Of a stretch of DNA of 63,697 bases, positions 49,537 through 62,936 are shown one piece after another. Below the pieces are notes generated by a model. The model saw only the letters and a list, made by a program, of their open reading frames with translations, was not told the DNA's origin and searched no databases. Every line of letters begins with the position of its first letter. Position 1 is the first letter of the stretch. A program made the position numbers and the translations under genes. This DNA comes from Somniosus microcephalus (lineage: Eukaryota), in NCBI GenBank assembly GCA_052327205.1, contig CM126204.1, positions 78,678,304 to 78,742,000 of the forward strand. Direction: 5' to 3'.

Positions 49537-51077
49537 CTGAAAATATAAAGATATATTTAGTCATTTTGCACAGGAGACATAGCAAATAACCAAGTGTCAA
49601 ACCATTTTTGAATCCTTTGATGACTGTGAGCTCTCAAATTGCCCAGTTTTAGTATCAGCTGTCAAATGTTGAGTAAATATAAAACATTTTATTCATATAT
49701 ACAAACACTTCCAACTGCTTTAAAAGGATTCATAAACACATAATCTAATGGTCATGGACATGCATAATTTAGATTTCAATATTTAGCAGATGTAATGGTT
49801 TTTTCTTTTAGTAAAAAGGAAATTTTTTTTTTTTTTAGCTGAAACGATGGATCTGGCATTGAAATAGTGAGTTACTTTCCCAGGTTTTACAGGTTCACTC
49901 GAGGACTGCATATGTACACAGTATAGGATGCCAGATCAATTTAGTTACTGGAACCATAAGTACATACGTGGTGTATTTGGATTTAAAAACTTGAGCCCAC
50001 AAAAACTTGCAGACTAAAATTTTTGCATATCAGCCCTTAGAAACCAATTCTTTAATGGGAACATAATCTATTTATGCATCTTAGAATATACTTGTATCAT
50101 TTGGTTCAAACTAGAAAAAAGCAGCCCAGAACATGAACTACAATTTGTGCTGCACATACAAACAAACTACCTCTCTTTGGACCTATGTGTGCACAAGAAT
50201 TTACTGCAGTTAAGTCTTGTTTGCACTAATATATGAACATTCCTCTAGATTGTATTTGTATGGTATATTCCTTGTACTGTGCACTGGAAAGGTAAAGTCA
50301 TCATATTTTTCCCCAATTAATTAAATCCCAAAATTCAAAACTTATCTTCCAACAGTGCACTTAAAAAAATCCACAGAACTGCAGTGAAACAGGCAGCCAA
50401 GTTCAAATCTGGTATTTAATTGGGAAACATATTAAGTAGACACTGATACCCACTAATCATTCCTCCCCAACCATACACCTTTAGATTTTACCACTTGTTC
50501 CCAAATTATTAAGTCGATGATGTGTATGCAGCCATCAGTAATTGAAACGCCTGGCCAAAATAACTTCATTTAGGACAAAATTGCAAGAAAAGGAACTTCC
50601 ATTTAACAGCCTAGGCTGGATTTAATCCACAACCCCAGCTCATCAGCTGGATATATTTTTATTCTTAGAGTCGGAGGAGGAGGAATAAGAATGGTATTGG
50701 AGAAGGGGGGGAAAAAAAGAAGTACATTGCATCATTGCTAACATCAACATTTCCTGGTTTACATCCCTATTTTACTCTCGTCAGTTGAGGGGCTACTTTC
50801 CCCACTCATGTTTGAGTCAGTGCAATTTATTCTGGTTATTCTATACCTGATGTCAGAATACATCCAAATGCTAATCCTTAGTGGGGATTAACAAAGGGAT
50901 ATCACTTAAATGTAAACTAGCTGCAGATGTACAACCCATACAATTACAAATGGTGGAAACATCACTGCTGCTCTGTGGAAAGTTCTGCAAAAAGCTGAAA
51001 ACATTAGTAGGGACCACACTTTCACTAAGAATTTAGTTTCTTGGTAAGGTGCATGTTAAATCACTGAAAGGATAACA

Positions 51078-51131
51078 TGAATTCGACTCACTGCTGTAAT
51101 GAGGTTGAATTCGACTCACTGCTGTAGAGGT
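51078..51131. repeat. Two-copy ~28-bp tandem duplication
   Basis: tgaattcgactcactgctgtaatgaggt followed by tgaattcgactcactgctgtagaggt. Confidence 0.85.
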
Positions 51132-51155
51132 TTCTGAACACTAAACGCTACATTA

Positions 51156-51443
51156 CAGGAAACTTTGGTTTATCCGGAAGCTCTAACGGCAGAAATCAGC
51201 AGCCGTTTTAGTTCGTTTTCTTTTCTTCTCCTAGCATTCTGTTAACAGGCAGGCTCTGGAAAGCGTCTTTGGAGCTTCGCAACAGCTTCAGAGACGCTTC
51301 AAGGTACGGGCGAGTGTTTACGAGCTGTGTTTGTTGTCAAATACAGAGATTTTCATCTCCGTATGCTTCAACGTTGACTTTGCATGTCCGGCACTTTTGA
51401 TAGATCGGCAACACGCCGGTCCCGGATATCAGAACTTTTCCTG
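51156..51443. mobile_element. Tc1/mariner (Tigger/pogo-like) MITE
   Basis: TA|caggaaactttggtttatccgg ... ccggatatcagaacttttcctg|TA. TIRs match at 16 of 22 positions and the interior is CpG-rich. Confidence 0.75.
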
Positions 51444-54329
51444 TACCTACTTCTCTGATCTATTATTTTGCTGATACAACTAAAGGCAGTTATTCATATG
51501 TTTACAGTTCCAACCTCTTGCAGGTACAACTGTCGCATATGCAGCACAGCTCTCCAAGTCCTCAGTAACAGTAGTGCAGTAGTTTTACCAGCCTCCTCTA
51601 CAAGAGTTCCAAGTTCTACCAGAAAAAGTACTGATTGTTTTTTTTAAACAACTGCATATATACCAGCTATTGCACACATATGAAGTATGCTGTGTACCTA
51701 CAGATTCTGACAGAACTGCACTACAGGGGGACACAGGATAGTTTAGGACAGTTGAACTGATAAAAACAAAGTGGTTTTTAAAAAAAAAATAAAAGAAATG
51801 AAGAGTGATGCCTGACCCCCTCCAATTTTTGGGCACGTACTGAAGTGTGAGCTTCCAGTAAATCATCTTTTTCACTTGTGCGGTATATAGTCACGAAGAA
51901 GACCAAAATGTGCTTATTCAGCTCCTGTTCACCACTACAAATGGGGCACCACATGAAGGAAAAGGTTGGAAAACTGATAGTCAGTTCATAATTCAACAGT
52001 GCAGGTAACGAATTATACATTATATGGTATTTTAGACATGTCTAATTAGAAAACTTACGAGTACAGTAAAGTGAGTGCAAAACAAGTCTAGTCAGTCTAT
52101 AGTTCATTGAATAGTCAGTAAAATTAGTAAATTTAGTGACTTAGTAATCGAAAGAGAAAATTAAATACATTACTGCATCCCACAGTAGAGGGAGCAGAGT
52201 TATAACAATTAAACCATAATCTTATTAGATTGAGAAATCCAGAATGTTACTTGATAAGTGAACTGAGACTTGCAGCAAAGACATGTACTGTGTGTAAAAT
52301 TCTAACTTGTATTTTTCATTCCAGAAATGGAAAGGAACAATTTTTCAACAGGTTAATAAAACAACATTAACCAATGTAACAGGAACATTTACATTTCTTA
52401 CTTATTGTGGGGTCCTGGAGCTTTAGCTAATAAACACTTACAGACAACTGTAAGGGTAACTGCTCCAGTGTAGGCAGCTCTCAATAAGTGTGCGCTGTGG
52501 ACACAATTCATTATATTTGGTATGCGCACCTCTGAATGAGAAGGTCAAACCTTCTCGACAGGCCAAAGCTGGGGTAGGAATCTAATTACTCCACTCAGCT
52601 CAGAATTATTTTCTCAACCTTCCGGGCATAGATTATCCCTAACTAAAGGTGGGATGACCACCTCTTCCCAAGCTTTTGTTAATAGTGCTCTTGAACCAGC
52701 TGTTCGGAGGTGTGCGGTTGACTTCCCTCCCTTGCTCTGGGGAAGTCTCTCCCCTAGACTAACTGGTTGAGATCAAGAACTCACCATACAAGGAATCGCG
52801 CGGTGAACCCATGTCCATTACTCTGTGGCGCAACATGTTAGTACACCACTGGGCCACCTACAAACATTTTAAAAAACATTATGTCCCTAACAGGCATTAA
52901 AGAACAATAAAAAGCGGATACATTGTCACAAATAAACTTGATAAAGATTCCATTACATCTCAGTGGAGGGTTCAAGGGGCAAGCTCATCCCCATAAAAAA
53001 ATAGGAGATTTAATTTAATGCATTTTATTGGGTGGCTGATTAATTTGTATATATGAAACTAAGCAGTTAATAATATTCCTGGAATGTTTATATTTTTCAC
53101 TCTACATGCAGCATTTACAAAAACATGGTTACCCCCATGTTTTACACAAACCAAGATGTTATTTGAACTAAGGGTGGGACTCATTGTGTGACTGCTACAG
53201 CAATGATTAAATTTAAATCAGTGGGACACAATGCGAATTATTACACAAAAAATTCTCTAATGGCAGTACTATAACAAACATTTTTTTAAATTTATTAATA
53301 GATGTCCTGATTAAAAAGTTACAAAAGGTTCTAATTATGGTCCAGAGTTCTACTTTATTATTTAGGATTCCAATTAAGTGCCTTATATATTGACTATAAA
53401 GTCTTTTGCAGTCACTCTGGAGTATGCAGCCTAGCAGAGTAACAGAGTTGCTGTCAGTGTTGAGACTGCAATTACTGAGACTCTGAATTAGTAGTCCTGT
53501 AGTTAAGTCATTCTGCTCCCAAGACATGTTTGGTTCTTCGAAAAATAAGTTACCAACTTGAACTCGCAACATTAAAAAATGAACCTGCATAAGTCACCTA
53601 ATTACCAGTATTTGCTCACTCAATACAAATAATATTAGTGATAAATTACTATCAAGTCAGAGACACCAGACTCCCCTGATGGCTCAGCGAGTAGCTCAAA
53701 CAGACCAAGAAGCTCCCACGTTTTGATCTTCGGTCTGTGTTCAGTTCACTAATCTTAGCCGAGGTAAGGACAATAGAATGGACCTTATTCCCGTGGCTGG
53801 GAAGGGGTGAATAGAAGGCCAGAGTTCCTAATTCTGATTGTAGAAAATGTACATGCAGAAAATGAAAATGTACATGTGTGGGCGTTAGGTTAGGACAGAT
53901 AGGACTCAAATGTGATGCCCCCTGAAGGCAAATACCCTGATGATAATCAGCATCAAGGCTTACACATAATCAAGGTACTGGTGAAACTGTACCCTAGTAA
54001 AGAGTCAACACCCAATAGAGATGGGAAGAAAGTTGGCAAGGAAAAAAGGGTCACCAAAATTGTTTGGCAAATTTCCAAATGATCAAATACTGCATCTTAA
54101 AAGATTTAAAGTTAAACCAGCTGTAAAATTTACACTTGACCATTTAACAAATAAGCTGATCCAAAATGGATAAAGTCAAAATATCACTTCAATAAATAAC
54201 ATTGCAGACAACTAACATTTTCAATGTTACAGTATATCCAACGACATTCTCAGTTTTCTGAAGTTTTTAAAGAGATATACCAAACACTTTCCCTAATATA
54301 TTTTGTTGAGAGACAGAATGGTCTCTTAC

Positions 54330-54440
54330 CCCAAGGCTCCTGCTGTGACAAAGACTACTTGGATGTAACCAAGATTTAATGTGAAGGTGAAAACGAGCAT
54401 TCCAATAAATGAAATAATGTAGACGGCAAGGGTGGTCTGC
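54330..54440 (-). CDS. FLVCR1: FLVCR1 exon 6 (111 nt)
   Basis: [37 protein letters not shown], with tttacag/gtaaga boundaries. Confidence 0.96.
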
Positions 54441-54612
54441 CTGTAAATGGGGAAAAAATTGTAAGGTAGAATTCCCATACAACATTTATATCAGTACATT
54501 AGTTCTGGACTACTGGGAAAACTATGCATATATTTAATAAATCATAATGTCTGCTAAGAACAGATTTCTAGAAAAGTATTCAGAATTTTTCTAATGGATA
54601 TTGAAAGAGCCT

Positions 54613-55239
54613 GGCCCAGAATTCACTGGAGTGTGCCCCGTTAGTTAGACTATTTCCCTCACCTTTCAGCGCAAAAAGGAATTGCTGAAATACGAGCTGA
54701 TAACACGGCATATGGTACCTTGGTGAACGACGGGACGAACAGTCTAGCTCTTAAACCAATGAGATTTATGGATAGACAAAGAAACAGAGGCACAACAGAG
54801 AAGGAAACAGGATGAATTAGAGTTGAATTAGGTACAGAAAGAGAAATAAAGGGGGAAAGAAATATTGGATTGAGAGAGGAAAAAAAAAAGATTTTTTTTT
54901 AATTGCAAGAACAATTTACTACCTGCAGGAATGAGACTCCATAGTTTCAAATGTTCCCTTTCTGGGCTGGAGAGGTTGAGTGGTATTGCAGGAAAATAAA
55001 TCTAGTAATTAAAAAAAGGTCCTTATGCTGGTAAGTACCAGCCCCAACTTTCTGCAGAGAGTTTAATTGGTAATTAATGCGCAAATGCAGCAATTTCTTG
55101 AAACTCATGGGGAGGTTGACGGCGAGCTACCACTTTCGCGAGGATTATTTCTTTCTCATCACAAATTAATGGACAATTTATACACTAATAATGGCGTGAT
55201 CCTTAAACTCACTGTTATTTTCCCAGCAAATTCTGGGCC
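54613..55239. mobile_element. MITE copy D
   Basis: TIRs ggcccagaattcactgg / ccagcaaattctgggcc, with flanks CCT and ACT. Confidence 0.78.
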
Positions 55240-55854
55240 ACTGATTCATGCCAAATTAGGGACATTTAAGCAGACAGATTTTTAATAGGGTTGACACAGC
55301 AAGTTTTAAAAAAAAGTCATATCTTTCACTGAAATGCTAAACACAATTGGCTGAAGAGTTGCTCTATATCAGAACCTTTTCACTATTGCCCACTAATTGA
55401 CATCAGTGAGTAATAGTCTTCAGTGACTGAAGTTACCAGACAACAGAACAGACACTGCTGCCCACTATCAGAGCACAGGCAAAAAAGGGTTACAAAGTTC
55501 CCGATTTTGAAAAATAAATTTTAAGCCTGGAGACATAATAAAAACACTAACTTTTAGGCTACTGAAATAAGTTTAAATTATTTATTGGTTACAGCAAGTG
55601 ACCAAGTGTGCAATAACTCCTTCAAACATTTTACCCCTACAGACCTCCAGTGGAGTCAAGATTTGTACAACTGCATACTGATTCATGAGAACAACCTGGT
55701 ACATGGTCAATATTCTTCCCTCAACAAATATTACCAAAAAAAGACCCACAATTGATTATTCATATTTCTGGTTGTAGGATAATTACTGGCACAGAATGTT
55801 TTCCAACCCAAAGGTCCAAAAGTAATTAGACATTTCAATGTGACAAGGCCTATG

Positions 55855-56492
55855 CATATACAAGTACAGGAATAAAGAGTTATCAAAAAGGCTAATGAAA
55901 TGTTGACCTTTATCTCAGCGAGGCTGGAAGACAAAAGTGAGGAAGCGATGCTTCAGTTATACAGCTCCTTGGTCAGACTTCATCCACAGTACCACATTCA
56001 GTTTTGGGCACCGAACATCAGGAAAATATATATTAGACTTGGAGGGGGTACAGCGCAGATTCACCAAAATGACACCATGGCTTAAATTATGAGGACAGGT
56101 TCCATAAACTTAACTGTATAAACTCAAGGGAATATAAGCCAAGGGTGATTTGATCGAGGTGTTTGAACTGATGATAGGCTAATCGAGAGACACAATTTCC
56201 TCTGGTGGGGGAATCCAGAACAGGAGATCATAATTTTAAAATTAGAACTAAGCCTTTTGGGAGAAAAACACTTTTTCCACACAAAGGGTAGCAGAAATAT
56301 GGAACTCTCCCCAAAAAAGGCTGCTGGGTCAATTGAAATTTTCAAGACTGAGATGGATAGATTTTAGTTAAGTTAGGCTACCAAGGGATATGTACCAATA
56401 GCAGGTAAATGGAGTTGAGGTAGATCAGCCATGATCTAATAGAATGGCAGAATAGGCTCAAGAGGATGAAGTGCCTACTCCTGTTCCTATGC
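55855..56492 (+). mobile_element. CR1 LINE 3' fragment
   Basis: ORF 55900-56085 reads MLQLYSSLVRLHPQYHIQFWAP. The 3'UTR ends in cctactcctgttcctatg. Confidence 0.8.
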
Positions 56493-57977
56493 AAGTACTT
56501 TATTATAGGACCAGTAGTTCATCAAAATATCGATCTACATTAAAAGATGCTGGCCAACAAGCACAACTATAAATGTGATCATACATTGTGGACAATCATG
56601 GGAGATGGTTTGTAAAACGCCTGCAAGCTGCTACCTGCATACAATGGGTACAGTGCAAATCCATACCAACACTGCAATTCAACCAACCTACCACATCGCT
56701 AAGTGTACTGGTCTTAATTTGGCAAACTAGTTTTAATTGAATCCTACTACTGTTTTTGAAAGACCCAGCAAAAACAAACACACACTCAGGTCCTAGAAAA
56801 AAGGCGTTGAAGTACCAGATAACAAGTAGAGTTGCACTGAATTGCCAGCTATTCATTCAGTGGATTATAGCAGGGTTGATTCATGGATTTGGGCACAAAT
56901 ATTCAGACTTAAGAATTGAGACAGGTGGAGTAAGTGATAACTGGTCTTTTAAGTCAATGTCAAGGGTTTAATACTGAAAAGCCAGGAAAAATCCTGGCAG
57001 TTTTCTTGCACACCTGGGAACTTCTAAATTTGGATTCCAGTTCAGTACTTGTTTTCTATTGTCATTTTGTATCATTCTCTCACACCATAATCAATTGATT
57101 CCCTTACAATATTAGCTATCGTGCTGTAGAATATTAGGAAAACTGATTAAGGAATTAGTTACTGAAATTCAGGTAATTCAATTTAAGCAGCAAATCGTTC
57201 AGCAGCTTAGACTTCTAGGGAAAGTTTATTAGTCATCTCTTGAACACCCAAGAGGCTACTTGGGAAAAATCTATCAAAAAATTGAATGGCAAAGGAGAGA
57301 TGGATGGAGACCAAAGAATTGCTTTGCAAAGGAAAAAGTCTGGGATTGGACCTAAAGGTAGAAATCTGCAGTTCTTTTCATCTAACGAGGAAGCTACATG
57401 GTGGGCTTTTTCATCCACTGATTACTGATGGGGTGGTGGGAGAAGACAGAGAAAGAGGAGAAAAGGAAATTACAGAAAACAAAATTTACATTCTAAAATA
57501 CATGAATGTATTGCCACAATGCAAACTAAAAGCAGAATTATACTTTCATATATAGTGCATATACATTATGATCTTAATCTGAATGCCTGAGAGCAGTAGC
57601 CTAATAATGCAAGGTCTCAGATGTAGATTTAAAATACTTGGTAGCAAGTCACAGTGACTCCTGAAACACAGTCAATATCCACAACTATTTACATGATAAG
57701 GCTATCTGTAGACCTAATGGCACAATACATTTTAAATGCTTAAATCAGCATAAGCAAAATATGTCCAAATTGGCACCAGCAGAAAAGTCCAAGAATTTTC
57801 ACAAGCATGCTGATCCCTAAAATGCAGAATCATCATAAAAGATGCTCCACAAAGCTATTTGACAGCAAGTAACTAAAAAGGAAACCAGGAACTCTGAATA
57901 TCATCCTATTAACACAATACAAATTTGAATTCTTCATGCACTTACACTGCAGCGAGTGCCAATATGGTTATACTCAC

Positions 57978-58081
57978 TTGTATGCCTTTGTACGGTCCAC
58001 CCAGAAACCAGAGATAATGGAACCTACCATCCCTGATACCACTAAAGTAAGTCCAATTTTCCCAGCATTCAATTCTTCGCC
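57978..58081 (-). CDS. FLVCR1: FLVCR1 exon 5 (104 nt)
   Basis: GEELNAGKIGLTLVVSGMVGSIISGFWVDRTKAYK, with acceptor tttttgtaag and donor gtgagt. Confidence 0.96.
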
Positions 58082-59009
58082 CTTACAAAAAAACCAAAAA
58101 TAACTGATTAAGTTGAAATCTAAAATTTTGCATTCATGTATAATACAATTAGTAAAGTTCCCTGCGAGTATATTATATACGTATGTTAGCAACTAAACTG
58201 CAGTCTGGCGCTAGATTTCAGCTGCTTGTAAACTCCTTAGGTCAGAGGGCAACTATGGCTGTTTGTAAATATTTGGCTCAAGGTCAGAAGAATCCATTGT
58301 GAAGTGACTAGCTTTCTTTTTAAAAAAAAGTAGTTTTGCATCTGTAACAATGTGCAATACAGAGTGTACTGAATTTATACTATATACACACACACGACAA
58401 ACATAAGTTAGTATATACTAAAATAAAATTGAGGGAAGAACAACAGCTGGAGCTACAAATCACCACAAAGAATTAAGAGGGAGCTCAAGAACTAAATTCA
58501 GTGTTAAGTCTTTAGTAAACCAAATCAGTGGACGGAAATAGTACATGAATAGAGGGTAAGGTAGGTAAAAATTAAAATGCCACTACATGCATTTATTGAT
58601 CAATAACAGATTCCATTATTGGTATGGACATAAATCCAACAAAACAAATCTACACTACCTGCCTAAACACAGTTTATATCTAATTTAAACAAATTGATTC
58701 TGTCTTGACACTATATTACATTGGACGTCTTTTAAAAAAAAATCCATTTTTTTCAGTACAAACATAATGAAACCAAAAATTATTCTAGATCCCTTTAAAT
58801 GCCGATGTTTTACAAATAACCTGGAGTTTTTAAAACCTGTCTTTTGTTAAGGAAAGCAGACCATTAAATTTTGGTTAAGTAATTTGGTTTCATAGATTTT
58901 ACTGGTGAAGATGGATCACATTTCGCATGTAAATGTAGGTGTTTTAGATTTAATCAAAAATTGGATTTCAAGAAAAATGAAGTTTTATATATAAAGATTA
59001 TCAACATAC

Positions 59010-59077
59010 CTTATAGTAAGTAATGATCATCTGATTTAATAGTGTTCCTACAGAATAATAGGACCCTGTCAGAATAC
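59010..59077 (-). CDS. FLVCR1: FLVCR1 exon 4 (68 nt)
   Basis: (G)ILTGSYYSVGTLLNQMIITYYK, with tttctag/gtatgt boundaries. Confidence 0.95.
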
Positions 59078-59685
59078 CTAGAAAAGATTAGAAATATATG
59101 TAATACCTTAGCTAACAGTAATAATTTCCTAAAACTATGCATTTTATTCAGATATGTTTTATTTAGTGTACTCCCAACTTTCCTGCTCACTTACTTCCCA
59201 AGGATGAAGCTGAAAGATATCAAGAAGTCTTAATACTCTATGCTCAACATGCCCAACTGATGCAGAGTAGTAATCAACAAACGCTGAACTATAAAGTCAG
59301 AAGAGGTCATGATCAAACTGTACCATATCCTGGAAAATTTAAACAAGTATGCCATTAACTAAATCATACCAACTAGAAGATCTATGAACTTCATTTGTGC
59401 TGAATTAGGTAATCTCAGTTGGTGCAGCACCTGGCCTAAGCAACCCTAAGCTTCCAGCTTCTGCTTGCTACCGAGGTGATCCTGGTTGGAATGCACACAT
59501 GCATACATTGAGCAAAGACAGGATCAGGGTCAGCTGCAATGCCATTCAGTTGAATAGGTTTGCCAATATTGCCTAGGCTCACACAAGAATGACAAGGTAC
59601 CAGAGGACTCCAAGCACCTATTGAACACTACTCCGGCAAGAGTAACCACTTACAGGAAATTTGGGGGGGGGGGGGGGGGGGAATA

Positions 59686-59970
59686 CAAGAACATAAGAAA
59701 TAGGAGGAGTAGGCCATACGGCCCCTCAAGCCTGCTCAAGCATGATCAATAAGATCATGGCCGAACTTCTACATCAACTCCACCTTTCCGCCCTATCCCC
59801 GTATCCCTCGATTCCCTTAGTGCCAAAAATCTATCGATCTCAGTCTTGAATATGCTCATTGGCTTAACATCCACAGCCCTCTGGGGTAGAGAATTCCAAA
59901 GATTCACAACTCTCTCAGTGAAGAAGTTTCGCCTCATCTCAGTCCTAGATAGCCAACCCCTTATCCTGAC
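59686..59970 (-). mobile_element. CR1 LINE 3' end next to a G20 run (59663-59682)
   Basis: ORF 59755-59973 reads RTEMRRNFFTERVVNLWNSLPQRAV. Tail aagaacataagaaatagg. Confidence 0.85.
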
Positions 59971-60524
59971 CATATGTTTTAAAAAGTTTTATAGCCAAGA
60001 TTAACAAATCAAAAAGTAAAAAAACTGAACAAAACGAGATGGCACAATTCTTCAATGTCTCAACAAGATTAAAGTCTGCTCTGTGACACATGAAATACAT
60101 TTGGCCAATCGGCCAATCTAGTCAACTGCTAGCTAAAGTTGACAACACAAAATTAAGCATAATTGGACACAGACTATGCACACCAAATAAGTACTGCTGG
60201 TATGAAAGAAAAAAAATTACAGTAGTTAATTAGGAGTGTTTTTCTATAAGGCAGAGGTTGCACCACAGTATTTCAGTACAACTGTAGACTTGTGATTACT
60301 ATATATTGACATCAGTGGTTTTTTATGAATACAAGACCTGGTCCACTAAAACTAGAATTTTTTTTTAGAACCCTCACTCTGACAGCTATGAAGAACATTC
60401 AACACTGTAAAGGTTAACTACTTTAAGAACAAAGAATGGAATGAAAGAATTGCCATTTGATACATATATTACTGAACTGAATTGTTGAGTAACCCAAACC
60501 AAAATTAAAATAGGAATTACTCAC

Positions 60525-60662
60525 CATAACTTAGCAGTAGTAGCACAAATGGAACATTCTTAAACAAGTTTATAATTGATTGTTTGTAGGAATAATCGTC
60601 AGGACTGTCCAAAAGCACCGCTTGAGATTGGCTTGGAGGAAGTGGAGGCTTCTCCTTAAATA
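60525..60662 (-). CDS. FLVCR1: FLVCR1 exon 3 (138 nt)
   Basis: [46 protein letters not shown], with tag/gtgagt boundaries, phase 1 to phase 1. Confidence 0.96.
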
Positions 60663-62086
60663 CTATTAGGGGAAAAAAACACATTAAGATGCTAAGCATA
60701 GAAAGTCAAATTTCAGCTCGCAGAAAATTAAAACAAGGATTGCGTAAAGCTGAGGTGAGGTTTCAGGCAACAGCATCACAAGGATACAAGATATATTAGA
60801 TCAAATTCTCATGGTCAATAAGACTTTTGTTACCCTGATATTTAACGGAAAGTTTGCACTAGATTAAAATTTTATTTTTGATTTCTAGATGTCACACCAC
60901 CATTTTAAGCCAGCTGTTACAGCTAGCATTCATTTTGCCCATAAAGGCACGATCCAGCAAGTTCCTAATACCAGCAAACACAGAACAGTGCACTATAGCT
61001 AGTCACTGAGCTCAGTTATAGTTTTATGCATAATTTATCAATTTCTGTTAAGTGAGCAGGGACAAAGTCAACAGTATAGATGTACAAGAAATTAATTCAG
61101 GACTGATGGGAGGGAAGGAGAGATGAGAGAGAAGCGAGTGTGACAAGGGGCAGGAGAATGGGGGATAGAAAGAAAGGGAAAGAGGAGAGAGAGGGAAAGA
61201 GGGGAGGAGAAAGAGTATAGTAGATAGTGTACCAAAACTAATCAGTAGGAGAACCACTTGGAAACACCCGCTCTTCATTTAGACCACAAAAGAATATCCC
61301 CCAATCTGGAGCCTCCAAGTAACTTAAAGACTACAGATAATTCCACAATCACCAGTAGGGAGCACTGGCTGGAGAATCGGAGCTACGATGTTTTACCTCC
61401 ATATGGAACCTTCATTCCCCACTGGATCTTGAAATCAATCATTATACTTCCAGCTAAACAAACTACTTTCATTTATATAGTGCCTTTAATGTAAAGAACA
61501 TCGAGAGGGTTTTAAAGATCGGAAAACGGGTACTAAGCCAGTGGATCTACTTGGATCTGAAGATACTTGCTCAGGCATCAGCTGCTTCCATCAGCAGGTA
61601 TTACCAAGGGGAAAAAAATCTCAATAGTAGACAGCACTTGACCCAGATAACTTACTCCAAGAGCTACTTATAGTCAAAGGATCAGCAAGAAGTCTCTAAA
61701 GTTTATTTATAATTTAACCTCATTAAAAAAGGCTATCATGTCTATTGCAGCCAAGCATATGGCCAGTCACTTGTTTCTCTGTTACTTGTCTATATGCTAT
61801 GTACTAATGAATTCTCTTTTTCTATGGTATTTCTGCTATTGTTTTATAGCATCAATTTTTTGGGGCTGTTGGAAAAAACAGGGCTTATTTTGCAGTTGGC
61901 CTGCTCCTGCTCTGGGCATGGAATAAATTTACCTTCCAGTGGATCTAAACCCCAACTTGACAGTCCAAATCTTGATGAGGATCGGGTTTTCAATGATGAT
62001 TACAGGCGGCTCAAACCTGGACTGAGATCAATTACTATTAAATATTATTAATTTGAGATACTGATTAAAAGGATTAACACTGAATT

Positions 62087-62820
62087 TATAAATGAACTCT
62101 TATTCAGACAAAAGGGAATTGGATATATAAATTGGCTAAGTAAAAATTTGCAGGCCTATGGGAAAAGAGCTTGGGGGAGTGTGATTAATTGGATAGTTCT
62201 TTCAGAGAGGCATGATGGATGAATGGCCTCTTACTGGGCTGTCTAATTCTATATCTAGTCCAAAAAATCTTGATAATCCAAGTGGCTCACACATTCCTGA
62301 CAAGTCTAGTTGGAAAAGGTATGCAGTAGTCAGGAAAAGTGGCTGCATTCAATTCAAACTACTACTAGGCATGAATTTAAGAAAAAACTTGCATTTATAT
62401 AGCACCTTTCACGACCACCGGACATCTCAAAGCGTTTTACAGCCAATGAAGTACTTTTGAAGTGTAGTCACTGTTGTAATGTGGGAAACGCGGCAGCCAA
62501 TTTGCACACAGCAAACTCCCACAAACAGCAATGTGATAATGGCCAGATAATCTGCTTTTGATGTTGGTTGAGGGATAAATATTGGCCAGGACACCGGGGA
62601 TAACTCCTCCGCTCTTCTTCGAAATAGTGCCATGGGATCTTTTACGTCCACCTGAGAGCACTGTTTGTCTCATCCGAAAGATGGCATCTCCGACAGTGCA
62701 GCACTATAAATAAATTCTTATTCAGACAAAAGGGAATTGGATATATAATTGATAAGTAAAAATTTGCAGGCCTATGGGGAAAGAGCTTGTGGAAGTGTCA
62801 TTAATTGGATAGTTCTTTCA
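62087..62820 (+). repeat. ~118-bp direct repeat (62087-62204 and 62705-62820), derived from a CR1 3' end
   Basis: Both copies read tataaat.aa.tcttattcagacaaaagggaattggatatataa...aatttgcaggcctatggg...ttaattggatagttctttca. Confidence 0.85.
62386..62704 (-). mobile_element. Deu-domain SINE (SacSINE1/AmnSINE1-like)
   Basis: aacttgcatttatatagcacc tail, aatattggccaggacaccgggg core, gccatgggatcttttacgtccacc. Confidence 0.82.
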
Positions 62821-62936
62821 AAGCTAGCAGATGCACGATGGATTGTTTCCATGTGACCACAATGTACTAAGTTTCTTTTGAAGGTAGGATATCCACAACT
62901 ACACACAATACTCCAAGTATAGCTTCATCACGAGTC

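Noticed and set aside
51078-51131. CRISPR-like repeat
   Set aside because: Only two adjacent units with no spacers, in vertebrate intronic DNA. It is a simple tandem duplication.
61048-61278. Hydrophobic minus-strand ORF as FLVCR1 exon 2
   Set aside because: It is a low-complexity purine/pyrimidine tract with no FLVCR similarity. Exon 2 was not found in the window.
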